This document shows positions 9,968-20,390 of a stretch of DNA of 64,000 bases, piece by piece. The stretch's first letter is position 1. Every line of letters starts with the position of its first letter. The notes beneath the pieces are model-generated. The model saw nothing but the letters and a program-made list of their open reading frames with translations. It had not been told where the DNA came from and did not search any database. Origin of the DNA: an uncultured Candidatus Saccharibacteria bacterium (lineage in GTDB: Bacteria > Patescibacteriota > Minisyncoccia > Phycocordibacterales > G965230995); NCBI GenBank assembly GCA_965230995.1, contig OZ246398.1:400213-464212 (forward strand), in the 5' to 3' direction. A program made the translations under genes and the position numbers.

Positions 9968-11433
9968 AGTTTTATATCTTTATTACCTTTGCCAAGACCG
10001 ACTTCCAATTTTGCTGATTGTAGTGATTGATCTTGTTTGGCATTTTTGACCTCGATGTTTGTCCTAGCGTTAACCAATCCAAGTGACTCTCTGGCATTAA
10101 GCATCAGGACCGAAAGTTTTGCGGAAAGAAATTCAACCGCTATTTTTATACCCTCAATTATTTTCCAAATCCTGAAGCGATAAGTCCAAACTTTTGCGAT
10201 CAAACCTCGGATGTCGAATAGGTATGTCCATTGCTTTCCAGCGGTAATCAGGATGTCTAATTTGTAAGTCCACCATTTTGCGATCTTGCTTAGGATGTCC
10301 AAGATGTATGTTTCAGTTTTGGCAATCAAATTTCTAATATCCAGCACATAGGTTTCGATCTTTGTGGCAAGATTCCGGATGTCTAATTTATAAGATTCCA
10401 GCTTGGCAATAAGAACTCGAATATCCAACACATACCGCATCGCCTTGGCCGTTAAACTCCTGATATTTAAGAGATAGATTGTCTGTCTCAAAACAGTGAT
10501 CAACGAATCAAATAAATATCGGGTGTTTTTGGCAATAAGGTTTTTAATGTCGAGCAAATAACTTTCTGTTTTGCCGGCAATATTTCTTATGTCCAAGATG
10601 TAAGTCCAAGCTTTGGGTATAAGGCTTCTGATGTCGATCAAATATCTCTCGATCTTGGTGGCCAAATTTCTGATATCAAGTTTATATGTTTCTGTTTGTG
10701 TGATTGTATTCCTGATATCTGTCACATAGGCCATTAACTTTTGAGCTATGTTTCTTATGTCCCATTTGTATATCGACTGTTTGAGAACCGTAAGAAAAGA
10801 ATCAAACTTGTAGGTTATTGTTCGTCCGAGAGTGATCAGAGTGTCGAATCGGTATGCAATGCTTTTTGCAGTGATATTTCTGACATCGAGTTTATAAACT
10901 AACCCCAGCCAAGCACCGCCGATTATGTCGAACAAGTATGATGCGGTTTTATTCACCTTTAGACGAATATCTAAAACATAAGTCTCAAGTTTTGTGGCAA
11001 GATTTCTGATATCCAGTTTATAAGTGAGCAGTTTTGCAATAAGTCCGAATACATCGAGGAGATATCTTTCCGTTTTAGCAACGATGATTCTGATGTCGAA
11101 TTTGTATGTCAGACTTTTTGTGACTATTTGGAATATATCCAAAACATAAGATTCCATCTTGGCAATCAGACTCCTAACATCAAACCTGTAAGCAATCGTC
11201 TTGTTTGAAAGTCCGAAAGTATCGAGAATGTAGGTTTCTATTTTTGCTATCAGGTTCTTAATGTCGAGGATATATGTTTTGGCGTGCGAAATCGTGACGA
11301 AACTATCAAGCAAATATGTAATCTGTTTGTTTATCAATCCGAATACATCCAGCACATAACTCACGGCTTTAGCAATTGGCTTTGAGCCAGTGTTATTTAA
11401 TTGGGCTGTGTTGAATTGATAAGCGTTGAACAT
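9964..11433 (-). CDS. Tail fibre shaft protein built from about 28 tandem 14-residue repeats (Y-x-[LF]-D-[IV]-[RF]-x-[LI]-[IA]-x-K-x-x-[TS])
   Basis: Near-perfect 42-bp periodicity across about 1.2 kb of coding sequence. Sits directly beside the beta-helix tailspike gene. Confidence 0.6.
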   Translation of the reverse strand: MFNAYQFNTAQLNNTGSKPIAKAVSYVLDVFGLINKQITYLLDSFVTISHAKTYILDIKNLIAKIETYILDTFGLSNKTIAYRFDVRSLIAKMESYVLDIFQIVTKSLTYKFDIRIIVAKTERYLLDVFGLIAKLLTYKLDIRNLATKLETYVLDIRLKVNKTASYLFDIIGGAWLGLVYKLDVRNITAKSIAYRFDTLITLGRTITYKFDSFLTVLKQSIYKWDIRNIAQKLMAYVTDIRNTITQTETYKLDIRNLATKIERYLIDIRSLIPKAWTYILDIRNIAGKTESYLLDIKNLIAKNTRYLFDSLITVLRQTIYLLNIRSLTAKAMRYVLDIRVLIAKLESYKLDIRNLATKIETYVLDIRNLIAKTETYILDILSKIAKWWTYKLDILITAGKQWTYLFDIRGLIAKVWTYRFRIWKIIEGIKIAVEFLSAKLSVLMLNARESLGLVNARTNIEVKNAKQDQSLQSAKLEVGLGKGNKDIKL

Positions 11434-11437
11434 AGTT

Positions 11438-12991
11438 TTATCCGGAAGCCGGTATGTTAGTACCTCTCACTGAGTTCGTGCCTTGCATGCTTATTTGTGC
11501 GGTCACCGCATCTTTGCAAACATTGCCAATCGCTAAGTTGTAGTCATCGCTCGCACTTTGCTCTCTGATGTGATAAGCGGATTTGTTTGTTTGCGTGGCA
11601 TGTAAGTTGTTTGATGAGATCACATTGTAGGTTGAATACACTGAGCCATTGTTTGAGAGATAGATGCTGTTCGAAGTGTTGTTAGTAGTTCGCGAAGCAT
11701 TATCTATGGCATTTCCAGTTATGGTGTTGTAGGACGATCCATAAAGATATATCCCATGTCCACCGGCCCCGAAGATATGGTTTCCGCTTATAACATTGCT
11801 TACGGTCGTTCCCGAACCGTAATAAAGAGCAATGCCTTGGCTGGTTGGGTATGTGATTGTATTTCCAGTGATCACATTGTATTTGGTGGCGTTGGAACTA
11901 TTACCGACCACAATACTCCAGCTGTCGCCATAGAAGTGATTGCCAGTTACCGTTACTCTTTGAGCACCAACAAGATAAACTCCGTAGTTTGTGCTGGTGA
12001 AGACCATATTGCCTGTGAACACTTCTCGCCAGCCACTGTTCACATAAAAACCGTAGCCATTATTGCGAATGACATTGCCGGTGATTGTGTTGTAGTTGCA
12101 AGCGTTGTCGTATATTCCGTAGGAATTTGAAGCAAGCACATTGCCAACGATGCTGATGTATTGAGAGCTGGTGAATAATCCGATCGCTGTTCCGGTGTTC
12201 GAATAAATGTAGCAATTTTTTATCACGCTATCCTCAATGGCAATAACTTTCATGCAATCTTGTTTTGCACCAGTCAGCCACATGTTTTCTATCGTTAGCT
12301 TGCTGTGCTTGTACGATGCGGTTCCCCAGAGTACGAGCGGACTGTTGGCACCTGATGTTTGATTGGCTTGATTGCCGTCAATCATGAAGTCTCGAACAGT
12401 GATGTTTGTGTAGCTTACACTTCCGCCGTTTCCAATTCTCACCACATCGCCAAGATTGGCGGAATTGGCCACCCGCAAAATTGTTGATACTCCTTCACCC
12501 TCGAGAATCACATTACTTTTTAAGATTTCAACGACACCAGTCAGGTTATAAGTTCCTTTCTTGATTCTGACTATTCCGCCACCCGATGGTAGATTGCTTA
12601 TGGCTTCATTGATCTCTGTCTGATCGGCTGTGCCGTCGCAGTTGTAGTCACCAGAACCGTCGGTTGCGACAATAACTTCGGTTCTTGTTTGAAAGTCGTC
12701 AAAAAGTTTGGCTGTCACCAAAAGTTCAAGGCGTGTGCCTTGAGGCCATTGTTGGGCAGTGGTGTTTTCTTTGGCTCGTTCGATTGTGAATTGATCGGTT
12801 ACGATCGTTGTTACTTTCACAATCTCTCCCACGCTAGGATCACTTGAGTAAAGCGTGGCGTGGAATGGTGCCGATGGAAACTTCGTCCCGTCACCGGTCT
12901 GCACATTGAGGATAGTCGCACCCGAAAGCAGTGGATTGTCCGTGATTGTGCTTTTGGCGTTATTCTTTTTTGTTAAGAAAGTTTTAGCCAT
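11438..12991 (-). CDS. Tailspike / depolymerase with a right-handed parallel beta-helix (pectate-lyase-like)
   Basis: Many PbH1-type repeats such as ...ITGNVIRNNGYGFYV..., ...VTGNHFYGDSWSIVVGN..., ...ITGNTITY... and ...ISGNHIFGAGGHGIYL... Confidence 0.7.
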   Translation of the reverse strand: MAKTFLTKKNNAKSTITDNPLLSGATILNVQTGDGTKFPSAPFHATLYSSDPSVGEIVKVTTIVTDQFTIERAKENTTAQQWPQGTRLELLVTAKLFDDFQTRTEVIVATDGSGDYNCDGTADQTEINEAISNLPSGGGIVRIKKGTYNLTGVVEILKSNVILEGEGVSTILRVANSANLGDVVRIGNGGSVSYTNITVRDFMIDGNQANQTSGANSPLVLWGTASYKHSKLTIENMWLTGAKQDCMKVIAIEDSVIKNCYIYSNTGTAIGLFTSSQYISIVGNVLASNSYGIYDNACNYNTITGNVIRNNGYGFYVNSGWREVFTGNMVFTSTNYGVYLVGAQRVTVTGNHFYGDSWSIVVGNSSNATKYNVITGNTITYPTSQGIALYYGSGTTVSNVISGNHIFGAGGHGIYLYGSSYNTITGNAIDNASRTTNNTSNSIYLSNNGSVYSTYNVISSNNLHATQTNKSAYHIREQSASDDYNLAIGNVCKDAVTAQISMQGTNSVRGTNIPASG

Positions 12992-13007
12992 AACTTTTTA
13001 ATTTCTT

Positions 13008-13787
13008 TTAGGCCGCAGTGTCACCCTCGGATTTCACTTGGGTTGTCGTAGCGGTTACTGCACCGGCACCGGCTGGCCATGTAATGCGATACCACAGTCC
13101 GAAGTTTCCGGCAGGTGCGACATCACCGGACTTCAATCCGGTTGCCTTGCTGGCCATATCGCCACCCTCGGCGTTAACTAATGAGCCACCGGAGTATTTC
13201 TTTCCAAACCATAGGAAGCAAATCTTTTTATTTGTTCCAATAGTTCCTCTTGCTGTGCCTCCCGAACCTTGTTTGATGGTCACGGTTCTTGAGGCAGATA
13301 GAGAGTTGGCATAAACCGCATACACTTTGGAAAATGTAAGCGATCCGACTACTTCGGTCGCACCGTTTAAGGTTAAGGTCTCGGTCTGTCTGTTTCCTGA
13401 TGCATCCTCACCAACAACGGTTAATTGTCTGGTGTCTGCACCGTCAGAAACTACGGCAACAACCGCATTCGCCCCGAACGCCGTCATGTTTCCTTGGCCA
13501 CCGTCGGCATCATCGGCATGATCCAATCCGAATCCGAATGACAATGCAGAGTTGGTTGGTTGGCTTAATAGCCATGAGACTATGTTTTGCCAAGTAAGCG
13601 TTGCGTGGGTGTTCTTTCTGAATATCTTTCGATACTCAGTACCACCGGCAGTCGCTTCGTCACCAGTTATGTCGGTGAACAGGTTGTTATCGGTATTGTC
13701 GACTACTTCAGTCGCCGAAATTCCAGCACCGTCAGAATTGGTTGCTGATGATTTATATTCTTTTAAGTCTGCTGATACGATTGGCAT
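13008..13787 (-). CDS. Hypothetical Gly/Ala/Thr-rich structural protein
   Basis: Positioned between the capsid and tail genes. No motif recognised. Confidence 0.4.
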   Translation of the reverse strand: MPIVSADLKEYKSSATNSDGAGISATEVVDNTDNNLFTDITGDEATAGGTEYRKIFRKNTHATLTWQNIVSWLLSQPTNSALSFGFGLDHADDADGGQGNMTAFGANAVVAVVSDGADTRQLTVVGEDASGNRQTETLTLNGATEVVGSLTFSKVYAVYANSLSASRTVTIKQGSGGTARGTIGTNKKICFLWFGKKYSGGSLVNAEGGDMASKATGLKSGDVAPAGNFGLWYRITWPAGAGAVTATTTQVKSEGDTAA

Positions 13788-13819
13788 AAGTTTGTTTTAG
13801 ATTATCGACCTCTTACGGT

Positions 13820-14176
13820 TTACTTGTCAGTCAAAAGCTCGACCAGTCTTTCTTTTGTTTCAGTGCCGTCGACCTCAACACCTTTTTCTTTTGCCAGAGA
13901 TTGAAGCTCTTTTTTGGTTAGCTTCACAAAGTCTTTGTCGACCGTTGTGTCCTCGACAGGACTGGATTCATCAGACACACGCCAAAAATCTATTTTGAAT
14001 GTGTCTAAGCCCTCAAGTTTTTTGATGAGTTCCTCATCTTTGGTCTCAAATTGACCATCTTCGAATGTAGCGTACACTCCCGGCTGATCGCCGATTTTCA
14101 ATCCGCCCTCAAATATCGGCGTAGCCGGTTTAAGGACGATCTTGAGTCTTTTGATATGGGAATTAAATTTAGCCAT
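13820..14176 (-). CDS. Hypothetical head-associated protein with a C-terminal SAP/Rho-N-like helix-extended-helix motif
   Basis: C-terminus reads LTKKELQSLAKEKGVEVDGTETKERLVELL. Sits next to the MCP gene. Confidence 0.35.
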   Translation of the reverse strand: MAKFNSHIKRLKIVLKPATPIFEGGLKIGDQPGVYATFEDGQFETKDEELIKKLEGLDTFKIDFWRVSDESSPVEDTTVDKDFVKLTKKELQSLAKEKGVEVDGTETKERLVELLTDK

Positions 14177-14280
14177 ATAGTTTTATTAATTAAGTTTTTA
14201 ATTTTTAATCTGGCATCCGCCCTTACTCCTGGCTTCCACAGAGTGGAGGCCAGCGAGTCAGAGCAGAGCCTTGGTCAGGT

Positions 14281-15504
14281 TTAGGCAACACCCTTAAGCA
14301 AAGCGTTCTTTTCGAAGTTGACTCTCTGCAAACCGACTTCGGTTTTGTACTGGTCGACTTCCTCGTCAGCATCGTTGTCTTGAATGTTGGTTTCGAGCGT
14401 GGTGTCTCGACCATTCAAAGGACAATGCTTCAAGGTTGAAAGATCCAATACGACTCCCATACCGGCATACTGATTGTCGAACATCGGATGACGGACAATG
14501 TTCAAGGTACCGAATGAAGACTGGAATTTACGGATTTCTACACCGTAGGTCTTATCGGTTGGAACGACATACATCTTGCTCGTGGCAAAGCCTTCCAAAT
14601 AACCGAGCACGGTATTGCCACAGAAGAAGTACTTCTCGCTTGAACCATACTTAAAGGCATAGTTCTGCAAAAACGATCGGAATTCGGCTTCGGTTAAGCT
14701 CGAGCTTGATTCGTCTTGCACATTTCCAGCAGAGATGATGGATTCCAAGATACCTCCGGTTAAACGGAGAGGTTTACCGTCGGGACCGGTGACTTCTTTC
14801 TTTTCACCGAACCAATATGCGCGTTCGATTTTCTTGGCTTGTTCGATACCATGTTTTGCACGCAGGTATTTCAAGTCCGCACCCGGCGTACCGGACGGAT
14901 AGAGTTTCGAAGCGTTCTCGGTTTGAGTGACACCGAATTTTGTTTTGAAGATTTGGGTATAGTTGGTGACCTTCACGAGTTTAGTCGTGTTGGAATCTCC
15001 AGACTTTGATCCTTCCTCAAAAGCAGGACCGATAACCAACAGCCAGTCGTCATCATTGATGGCGGCCGCCGCAGTGGCACCGGCTCCACGAGTTACGGTG
15101 AGAGTATTCGTGGAATAATTAACATTGGTGACTCTCATGATTTCACCGGTACGAGTGTTTTTAATCAGATCGTACTTGGAGAAAATTGAGGCACCCGGAC
15201 TATCGACAACAATGTCGGTCGCACCTACGAGGTAGCCACCGCCGTTGTTAATTCGAGCCCAGACACCAGAGTACTGATCCTCATATTCAGTAAACTCTGG
15301 GTTATAGACGACTCTTTTTTGAAGAGCCATTCCTTTGAACTTGCCTCCACCGTCACCAATCTTTCCGATTTGGGTCAAGAAAGCAGTGAGCGGTGATTCG
15401 CCTGGTTCAAGAAGGAATATTTTGTCATCGACATCGGGAATACGCTGTGATTGTTCAATCGTCAGCGTGTTTCTCGTTCCGATGAGATGGGTTGGTTCAG
15501 ACAT
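14281..15504 (-). CDS. Major capsid protein (probably HK97-fold)
   Basis: 407 aa. Follows the scaffold-like gene and sits downstream of portal and terminase. The size and position are typical for an MCP. Confidence 0.55.
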   Translation of the reverse strand: MSEPTHLIGTRNTLTIEQSQRIPDVDDKIFLLEPGESPLTAFLTQIGKIGDGGGKFKGMALQKRVVYNPEFTEYEDQYSGVWARINNGGGYLVGATDIVVDSPGASIFSKYDLIKNTRTGEIMRVTNVNYSTNTLTVTRGAGATAAAAINDDDWLLVIGPAFEEGSKSGDSNTTKLVKVTNYTQIFKTKFGVTQTENASKLYPSGTPGADLKYLRAKHGIEQAKKIERAYWFGEKKEVTGPDGKPLRLTGGILESIISAGNVQDESSSSLTEAEFRSFLQNYAFKYGSSEKYFFCGNTVLGYLEGFATSKMYVVPTDKTYGVEIRKFQSSFGTLNIVRHPMFDNQYAGMGVVLDLSTLKHCPLNGRDTTLETNIQDNDADEEVDQYKTEVGLQRVNFEKNALLKGVA

Positions 15505-15563
15505 AATTTTGTTTTATGTTAGAAAGCCGGTAACCGCTCACGAGACCTCAAATCTAATAAGCA

Positions 15564-16475
15564 TTACCTGACTTTGTTTGGGTTGATACTTTCGCCCACA
15601 AGATCGTCAAAGGGATTGTCTTTGGGCGTTTGGCCTTTGGCAGTTGGTGAACCGCCTCCGACACCTGATGCATTTTCACGCTCAAGATTTTTCACTTCCT
15701 CTTTTTTCAAAGCTTCCTCGGTTGCTTTCTTGGCTTGGGCATCCTTGGTGATGGAGTCGTAGGCCAGTTGAAGCGTGCGAGCATTGAACGGTAGTTTTTC
15801 TTTTTCGATGATGTCGAGAACTTTGTGTCCCACCTCTGGGTCTTTGAAGTCCTCGTGACCCTCGATCCACTTATCAATTTCCGCTTTGGTTTTTGCTTTC
15901 GTTTCTCTTTCCTCAAGCTTTTTATCGAGGATAGCTTCTATGTCGGGCGTATCCTCCGGCTCCGATTCGCCGGACTTCATGGTCTCGGCAAGCACCGCTT
16001 TTAGCTGTTCAGCTAATTGCGGATTCTTGACCAATGCTCGATCCAGCACGGAGAGAAACTGTTCATTTTTCTCGTGCAGGGTTTTTAAGTCATTGATCTC
16101 TTTTCCTTGCTCGATGATCTTGGTCTGGGCTTCGTCATACGAGCGTTTAGCATCATCTTCGCTCTTAAACTTTCCCCAGAAGGATTTGTCGCCCTCGGGC
16201 TTTTTGCCGTCGGGACTTTCGCCCTTATCGCTGGGCGTATCGCCAGATTGATCCTTGGGTTGTTCACCCTTAGCGTCTGGTTTTTTGTCAGGTTGCTCTC
16301 CGCTCGGAGTGCCTGACGGAACTGAATTGACCGGTTGTTCCTTTCCGACCGCATCGTCAAAAGACGGAGTCTCTGGCTTTGCGTTTGGATCGGCGCCGGA
16401 ATTGTTTGGTTTTTCCATAGGCGTATTAATTGGCGGATTGTTCTTTTCCAGTCTGACCTCACGAAAGACTTTCAA
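15564..16475 (-). CDS. Scaffolding protein (charged, helical)
   Basis: Low-complexity, Lys/Glu-rich, coiled-coil sequence lying between the portal and MCP genes. Confidence 0.5.
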   Translation of the reverse strand: MKVFREVRLEKNNPPINTPMEKPNNSGADPNAKPETPSFDDAVGKEQPVNSVPSGTPSGEQPDKKPDAKGEQPKDQSGDTPSDKGESPDGKKPEGDKSFWGKFKSEDDAKRSYDEAQTKIIEQGKEINDLKTLHEKNEQFLSVLDRALVKNPQLAEQLKAVLAETMKSGESEPEDTPDIEAILDKKLEERETKAKTKAEIDKWIEGHEDFKDPEVGHKVLDIIEKEKLPFNARTLQLAYDSITKDAQAKKATEEALKKEEVKNLERENASGVGGGSPTAKGQTPKDNPFDDLVGESINPNKVR

Positions 16476-16622
16476 AGCGTCCGTCTGTTAATAAAACCGA
16501 GCCCCTTTGTGGAGGCTCGGTTGGCTTCTCAAGATGTGGAAATCGCCAGAAATCCCATCTCAAGAGGCCAGCTGAACCTCTCAAAATTTTGGCGATTTCC
16601 TTAAATTGTTTTTATCAGGTTT

Positions 16623-16862
16623 TCATACTTTTGGTTTTATAAATTCGTCATGGATTGCTTTTATTCTGAGCAACACGACTCCCAGTCCTTCGGCTCGACC
16701 TTGATAGTGCCGAATGTCATCGGTAGTCAGACCTTTGTTTAATAACCAAGTCTTGGTTATTTCCAATTCATCGGCAATCAAGTCGGACAATGCTTCAAAA
16801 TACTTTGTCTCGTACAAGTTGCTGATGGTTTCCTCGGTTTGTTTGTTTATTTTTTCACTCAT
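16623..16862 (-). CDS. Hypothetical small phage protein
   Basis: 79 aa ORF between portal and scaffold. Confidence 0.3.
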   Translation of the reverse strand: MSEKINKQTEETISNLYETKYFEALSDLIADELEITKTWLLNKGLTTDDIRHYQGRAEGLGVVLLRIKAIHDEFIKPKV

Positions 16863-16866
16863 AGTT

Positions 16867-18816
16867 TTATTGCTTTATTGCGTTTCCTAACATCGCACCC
16901 ATTTCGTTTCCGGGAAGTGACGGTGCTGGAGGTTCGTTTGGATCAATGGCAGGTGCTTCACCTGTAGGGATTGCCGAACCTTGGTCTGTCGGCACAACCG
17001 GTGGTTGTTTTTGTTCAGTGATGTAATTTGTCGGCTCCCAGCCATAATCCTCAAAAAGCTTCATCAGTATTTTGAATTTCTTGATTGAATACACGGTTCC
17101 GGTTTCCGCATCAGTTAATTCGTTCACATCCTTGATCAAACCCCAGAGTTCCAAATCTTTGGCTTTCTTAAGTTCGGAAGATGTGGCCAGTGAGGATGTT
17201 GATTCGAGGGACATCTCGTACTCATCATCGAATAATCCGTTTACGCTTTCATCGGCTTCGGTTATAAGTCCGTGTCTGGTCAAGATTGCTATGGCCTTAT
17301 CGGGCATTACGGACTTCTTTGTCCAAAATTGTTTTATCATGCTGATCCAGTGGTCGAAGTGCATGATGTAAGAATTGCGAAGCATGATCAGGAATAATTT
17401 TACGCCCTCGAGTGTTGCTTCTCGCATGAATGAGGCAACGGTCGCAGTCTCTTTTCTGTCTACACCGGCCGTGGTGGTGAATTCGTCTATACCGACTGCA
17501 ATTCTCATCGCTTCCTTGATGTGGTCTGGTTCTACAAAAGCCGAAGAGTTCACATCACCGAATTTAAGTTCTTTGACTGAGTTCGGGTCGTTAGTCCATA
17601 AGATTCCAAGTGGTTTGACTGTTATGGTTGATTGCTTGTATCCGGGCAGAGCCACCGGTGCGGCCGCAATCATGCTGTGAATTTTCATTGTCACCGCATC
17701 GACTCGTTGGTTGGTTACGGAGTTGAGAAGTTCTTGCAAATGGTCGACAAGCTTCGGAATACCAAGCCAGTAAAATGAGAATGGTCTTGGGAAGAAGCCT
17801 GTTCGGGAATAAGGTTTCTGTTCGTGATCATACGGGTTGTCACCGTCCTTGATTTCTATTGGTGTACCGTCCATTGGCAGGAACACGGTGAACCTCTCGT
17901 CAATCCAGCGTTCAACGACTTCGAATAACTTCTCGCTGGTGATTGGCATTTGGATCGGATTGTTTGGATTGCCCTCAATCGGACTCGATGCTTTTGTTGT
18001 TTCTCTCAAACTCTTTCTAAGTTGGATCAATACTTCTTTTCTCACATAGGCATAGTCGGTGATGTCACCACCGGACTTTGCCACTTCGCCGTCTGTGTTT
18101 AGGAATTGTTTCCACACGCTCTCGTTTACATCCGGATATTGGGACTTCATTTCATCCAGTGTCAGCACATAACGGTGGAATACTGGGAATGGATCGGCAA
18201 TCTTTTTCATTCTCGGATGTGGGTAGAAGTTATAAATATCTACCGGATCAAAATCTGGTCGGAATACAATCTTGGATGTTGATGTTTTAAATATCAGCTT
18301 CTTGATCTTGTCGATTATACCAATTTCTTTCTGTCTCTTTTTCTTAGTTTCTTTTCTGAGGAAGTCTTTTCCGATTGTAGTTCCACAGATAAATACTTGC
18401 AGGAAGAAGTCGATTAAGTCATCACTCATTCCAATCTCCCATAACCACAGCACAAGGTCTTTTAATGCCTCATTGTTTTTACCCTCAAGCTTGAAGTCTG
18501 GTGTTATACCGACTGTCTTTTGTAAAAAGGTTTTGATGTATGAAAAAACTTGAGGAATAAAAACATTTGATTGCCAGACTTCGCCGTCAATTGTCTTTTC
18601 TAATTGTTCGGCACGATCACCGTTGAAAGAGGAGAACAGCTTATAGCCCCGATCAAATTCGGGTTTGTAGTAGTACAGGAAGTTTTTCTTGGCTTCATCG
18701 TACTCACTGTTGAATTTTTGTAGTTCTTTTGTATTTGCCATATTTAATAAAGTTTTATTGTTCGACCTTTGTGTGCAATTGGCATTTCGCTTGGCAATTC
18801 TTTCAATCCTTGCCAT
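16867..18816 (-). CDS. Portal protein
   Basis: 649 aa, immediately downstream of TerL (the two overlap). A position-based call. Confidence 0.55.
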   Translation of the reverse strand: MARIERIAKRNANCTQRSNNKTLLNMANTKELQKFNSEYDEAKKNFLYYYKPEFDRGYKLFSSFNGDRAEQLEKTIDGEVWQSNVFIPQVFSYIKTFLQKTVGITPDFKLEGKNNEALKDLVLWLWEIGMSDDLIDFFLQVFICGTTIGKDFLRKETKKKRQKEIGIIDKIKKLIFKTSTSKIVFRPDFDPVDIYNFYPHPRMKKIADPFPVFHRYVLTLDEMKSQYPDVNESVWKQFLNTDGEVAKSGGDITDYAYVRKEVLIQLRKSLRETTKASSPIEGNPNNPIQMPITSEKLFEVVERWIDERFTVFLPMDGTPIEIKDGDNPYDHEQKPYSRTGFFPRPFSFYWLGIPKLVDHLQELLNSVTNQRVDAVTMKIHSMIAAAPVALPGYKQSTITVKPLGILWTNDPNSVKELKFGDVNSSAFVEPDHIKEAMRIAVGIDEFTTTAGVDRKETATVASFMREATLEGVKLFLIMLRNSYIMHFDHWISMIKQFWTKKSVMPDKAIAILTRHGLITEADESVNGLFDDEYEMSLESTSSLATSSELKKAKDLELWGLIKDVNELTDAETGTVYSIKKFKILMKLFEDYGWEPTNYITEQKQPPVVPTDQGSAIPTGEAPAIDPNEPPAPSLPGNEMGAMLGNAIKQ

Positions 18817-20390
18817 GCAAGCATTGCCGAAATTAATGCATCATCTTTTTGTCCAGTTTCCGCTCCCATGCCGTACTTATTGCTTTCGCTGGTGTGAACG
18901 AATGTCATCATCTGGCTGACGGTTGATTGGCTCGACAAACCAATGTCATCGTCACGCAATCCGGCTATAAAGTCATCGACCATCAGAGGTTTGGTTGTTT
19001 GACTGGTTTTCCAGCCAAGTTCTTTTCTCTTAGTGTTCGTAGCTTTATCAAAAACCGTTCGTTGGTAGATATTCGTGTATTCGGTCTTGAGGGCGTTGAT
19101 TACCGCTAGTCCGTGATTGTTTATTTCAATTACTGCCAGAGCATTGTTGAACAGTTCAGCTGATTGTCTTATTTTCTTGGCAAATAAGTCCGGCTGTATT
19201 TGTCCGATGTAGCTTCCGACCTCTCGTCCGGTCATCTTGTCTATGATCGTGATCGCCGAGTCGTCTTTTCCGATGCCCTCGGCCGGATCGGCACCTAGAC
19301 TGTAGAAATGTCTCAGGTTGGGTTCCTCGTATATCAGGATGTCGTCCAGTTTTCTTATCGGCTGTCTGACGAATTTGCTTTGAGCTTCGATATACTGCTT
19401 CGGAATTACTGCCTTACTTGAAGCAACGAATGATTCCTCAATAGTGGCTGGATATTCTTGTTTGAATTTATCGGTATCGCCACCGCAGAGGTTTTGGATT
19501 GCCCATCTACGCCATTTCAGTTGCTCGTAGGTTAGGTTCTCTTTCGTTCTCAATTCTTTCTCGTATTCGTCCAATGTTTCGGCAAACTTCTTTTTCTCGG
19601 CATCATTTGCGAATGGTTGGCTATATTCGGGCATCAGGTGCCATGGTAGGAATATAAGCTCAAACTCGTTCTTACCGGCTAGAGCATCTTGCACCATTTG
19701 GTAGAAGTATTCGCCGTCACCACCGAAACCGTTGGCCGTTGATTCAAGAAAGACAGCAGTGTTTGGAAGACTTGGGATTGATTGCAGTACTGAGAGCATC
19801 AAGGCTTTGGCATTTTTCCAAAAGGCTACCTCTGAGCCGTGGAAGTTGTGAATGGTTAGACCTCTACCAATTTTTGTCTTATCGGCGGTTGATATAACCA
19901 TTCGGCTTCGCAGTCCGGGATTATTGGTTCGGCCTTTCTCGTCCGGATTCTCAAACACCATTTGCTTTTTGTTGTCGTACCGTCGCATCGGCTTAACATC
20001 AAACGGCAGAAGGTCGTAGAATAGTTTGCTCATTGAGAATATTGCATCGGTTGATTCGGGTTCGTGGGCAACGATCAGTGAATTGGTATTTTCAAATCTC
20101 GCTGTCCGTTCGAATATCAAACCCTCGCAAAGCGTGGACACACCCTCTTGTCTGGCTTTAAGAATAATCATTCTTATTGGCTTCTTTTGGTCTTTAAGCT
20201 GTTTGATTCTCTTATAAATCAGGTACTGAGCGGTATTAAACTTTAAAGGAACAGTTTGCTGGTCTTTGGTCTTTATGAACAGGCACTCCTCAATGAATTC
20301 TCTCGGATCAGCATCGAAAAAATTCACGAAATCCACCAGCGTTTTAACCGTCGGGTGGTCTCTCTCTTGCTTTTCTGAGTATTTGTTCAT
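18744..20390 (-). CDS. Terminase large subunit
   Basis: N-terminal ATPase P-loop variant KARQEGVST, acidic Walker B-like FLESTANGFGG, and a C-terminal RNaseH-like nuclease region. Preceded by a small-subunit-like gene. Confidence 0.7.
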   Translation of the reverse strand: MNKYSEKQERDHPTVKTLVDFVNFFDADPREFIEECLFIKTKDQQTVPLKFNTAQYLIYKRIKQLKDQKKPIRMIILKARQEGVSTLCEGLIFERTARFENTNSLIVAHEPESTDAIFSMSKLFYDLLPFDVKPMRRYDNKKQMVFENPDEKGRTNNPGLRSRMVISTADKTKIGRGLTIHNFHGSEVAFWKNAKALMLSVLQSIPSLPNTAVFLESTANGFGGDGEYFYQMVQDALAGKNEFELIFLPWHLMPEYSQPFANDAEKKKFAETLDEYEKELRTKENLTYEQLKWRRWAIQNLCGGDTDKFKQEYPATIEESFVASSKAVIPKQYIEAQSKFVRQPIRKLDDILIYEEPNLRHFYSLGADPAEGIGKDDSAITIIDKMTGREVGSYIGQIQPDLFAKKIRQSAELFNNALAVIEINNHGLAVINALKTEYTNIYQRTVFDKATNTKRKELGWKTSQTTKPLMVDDFIAGLRDDDIGLSSQSTVSQMMTFVHTSESNKYGMGAETGQKDDALISAMLAWQGLKELPSEMPIAHKGRTIKLY

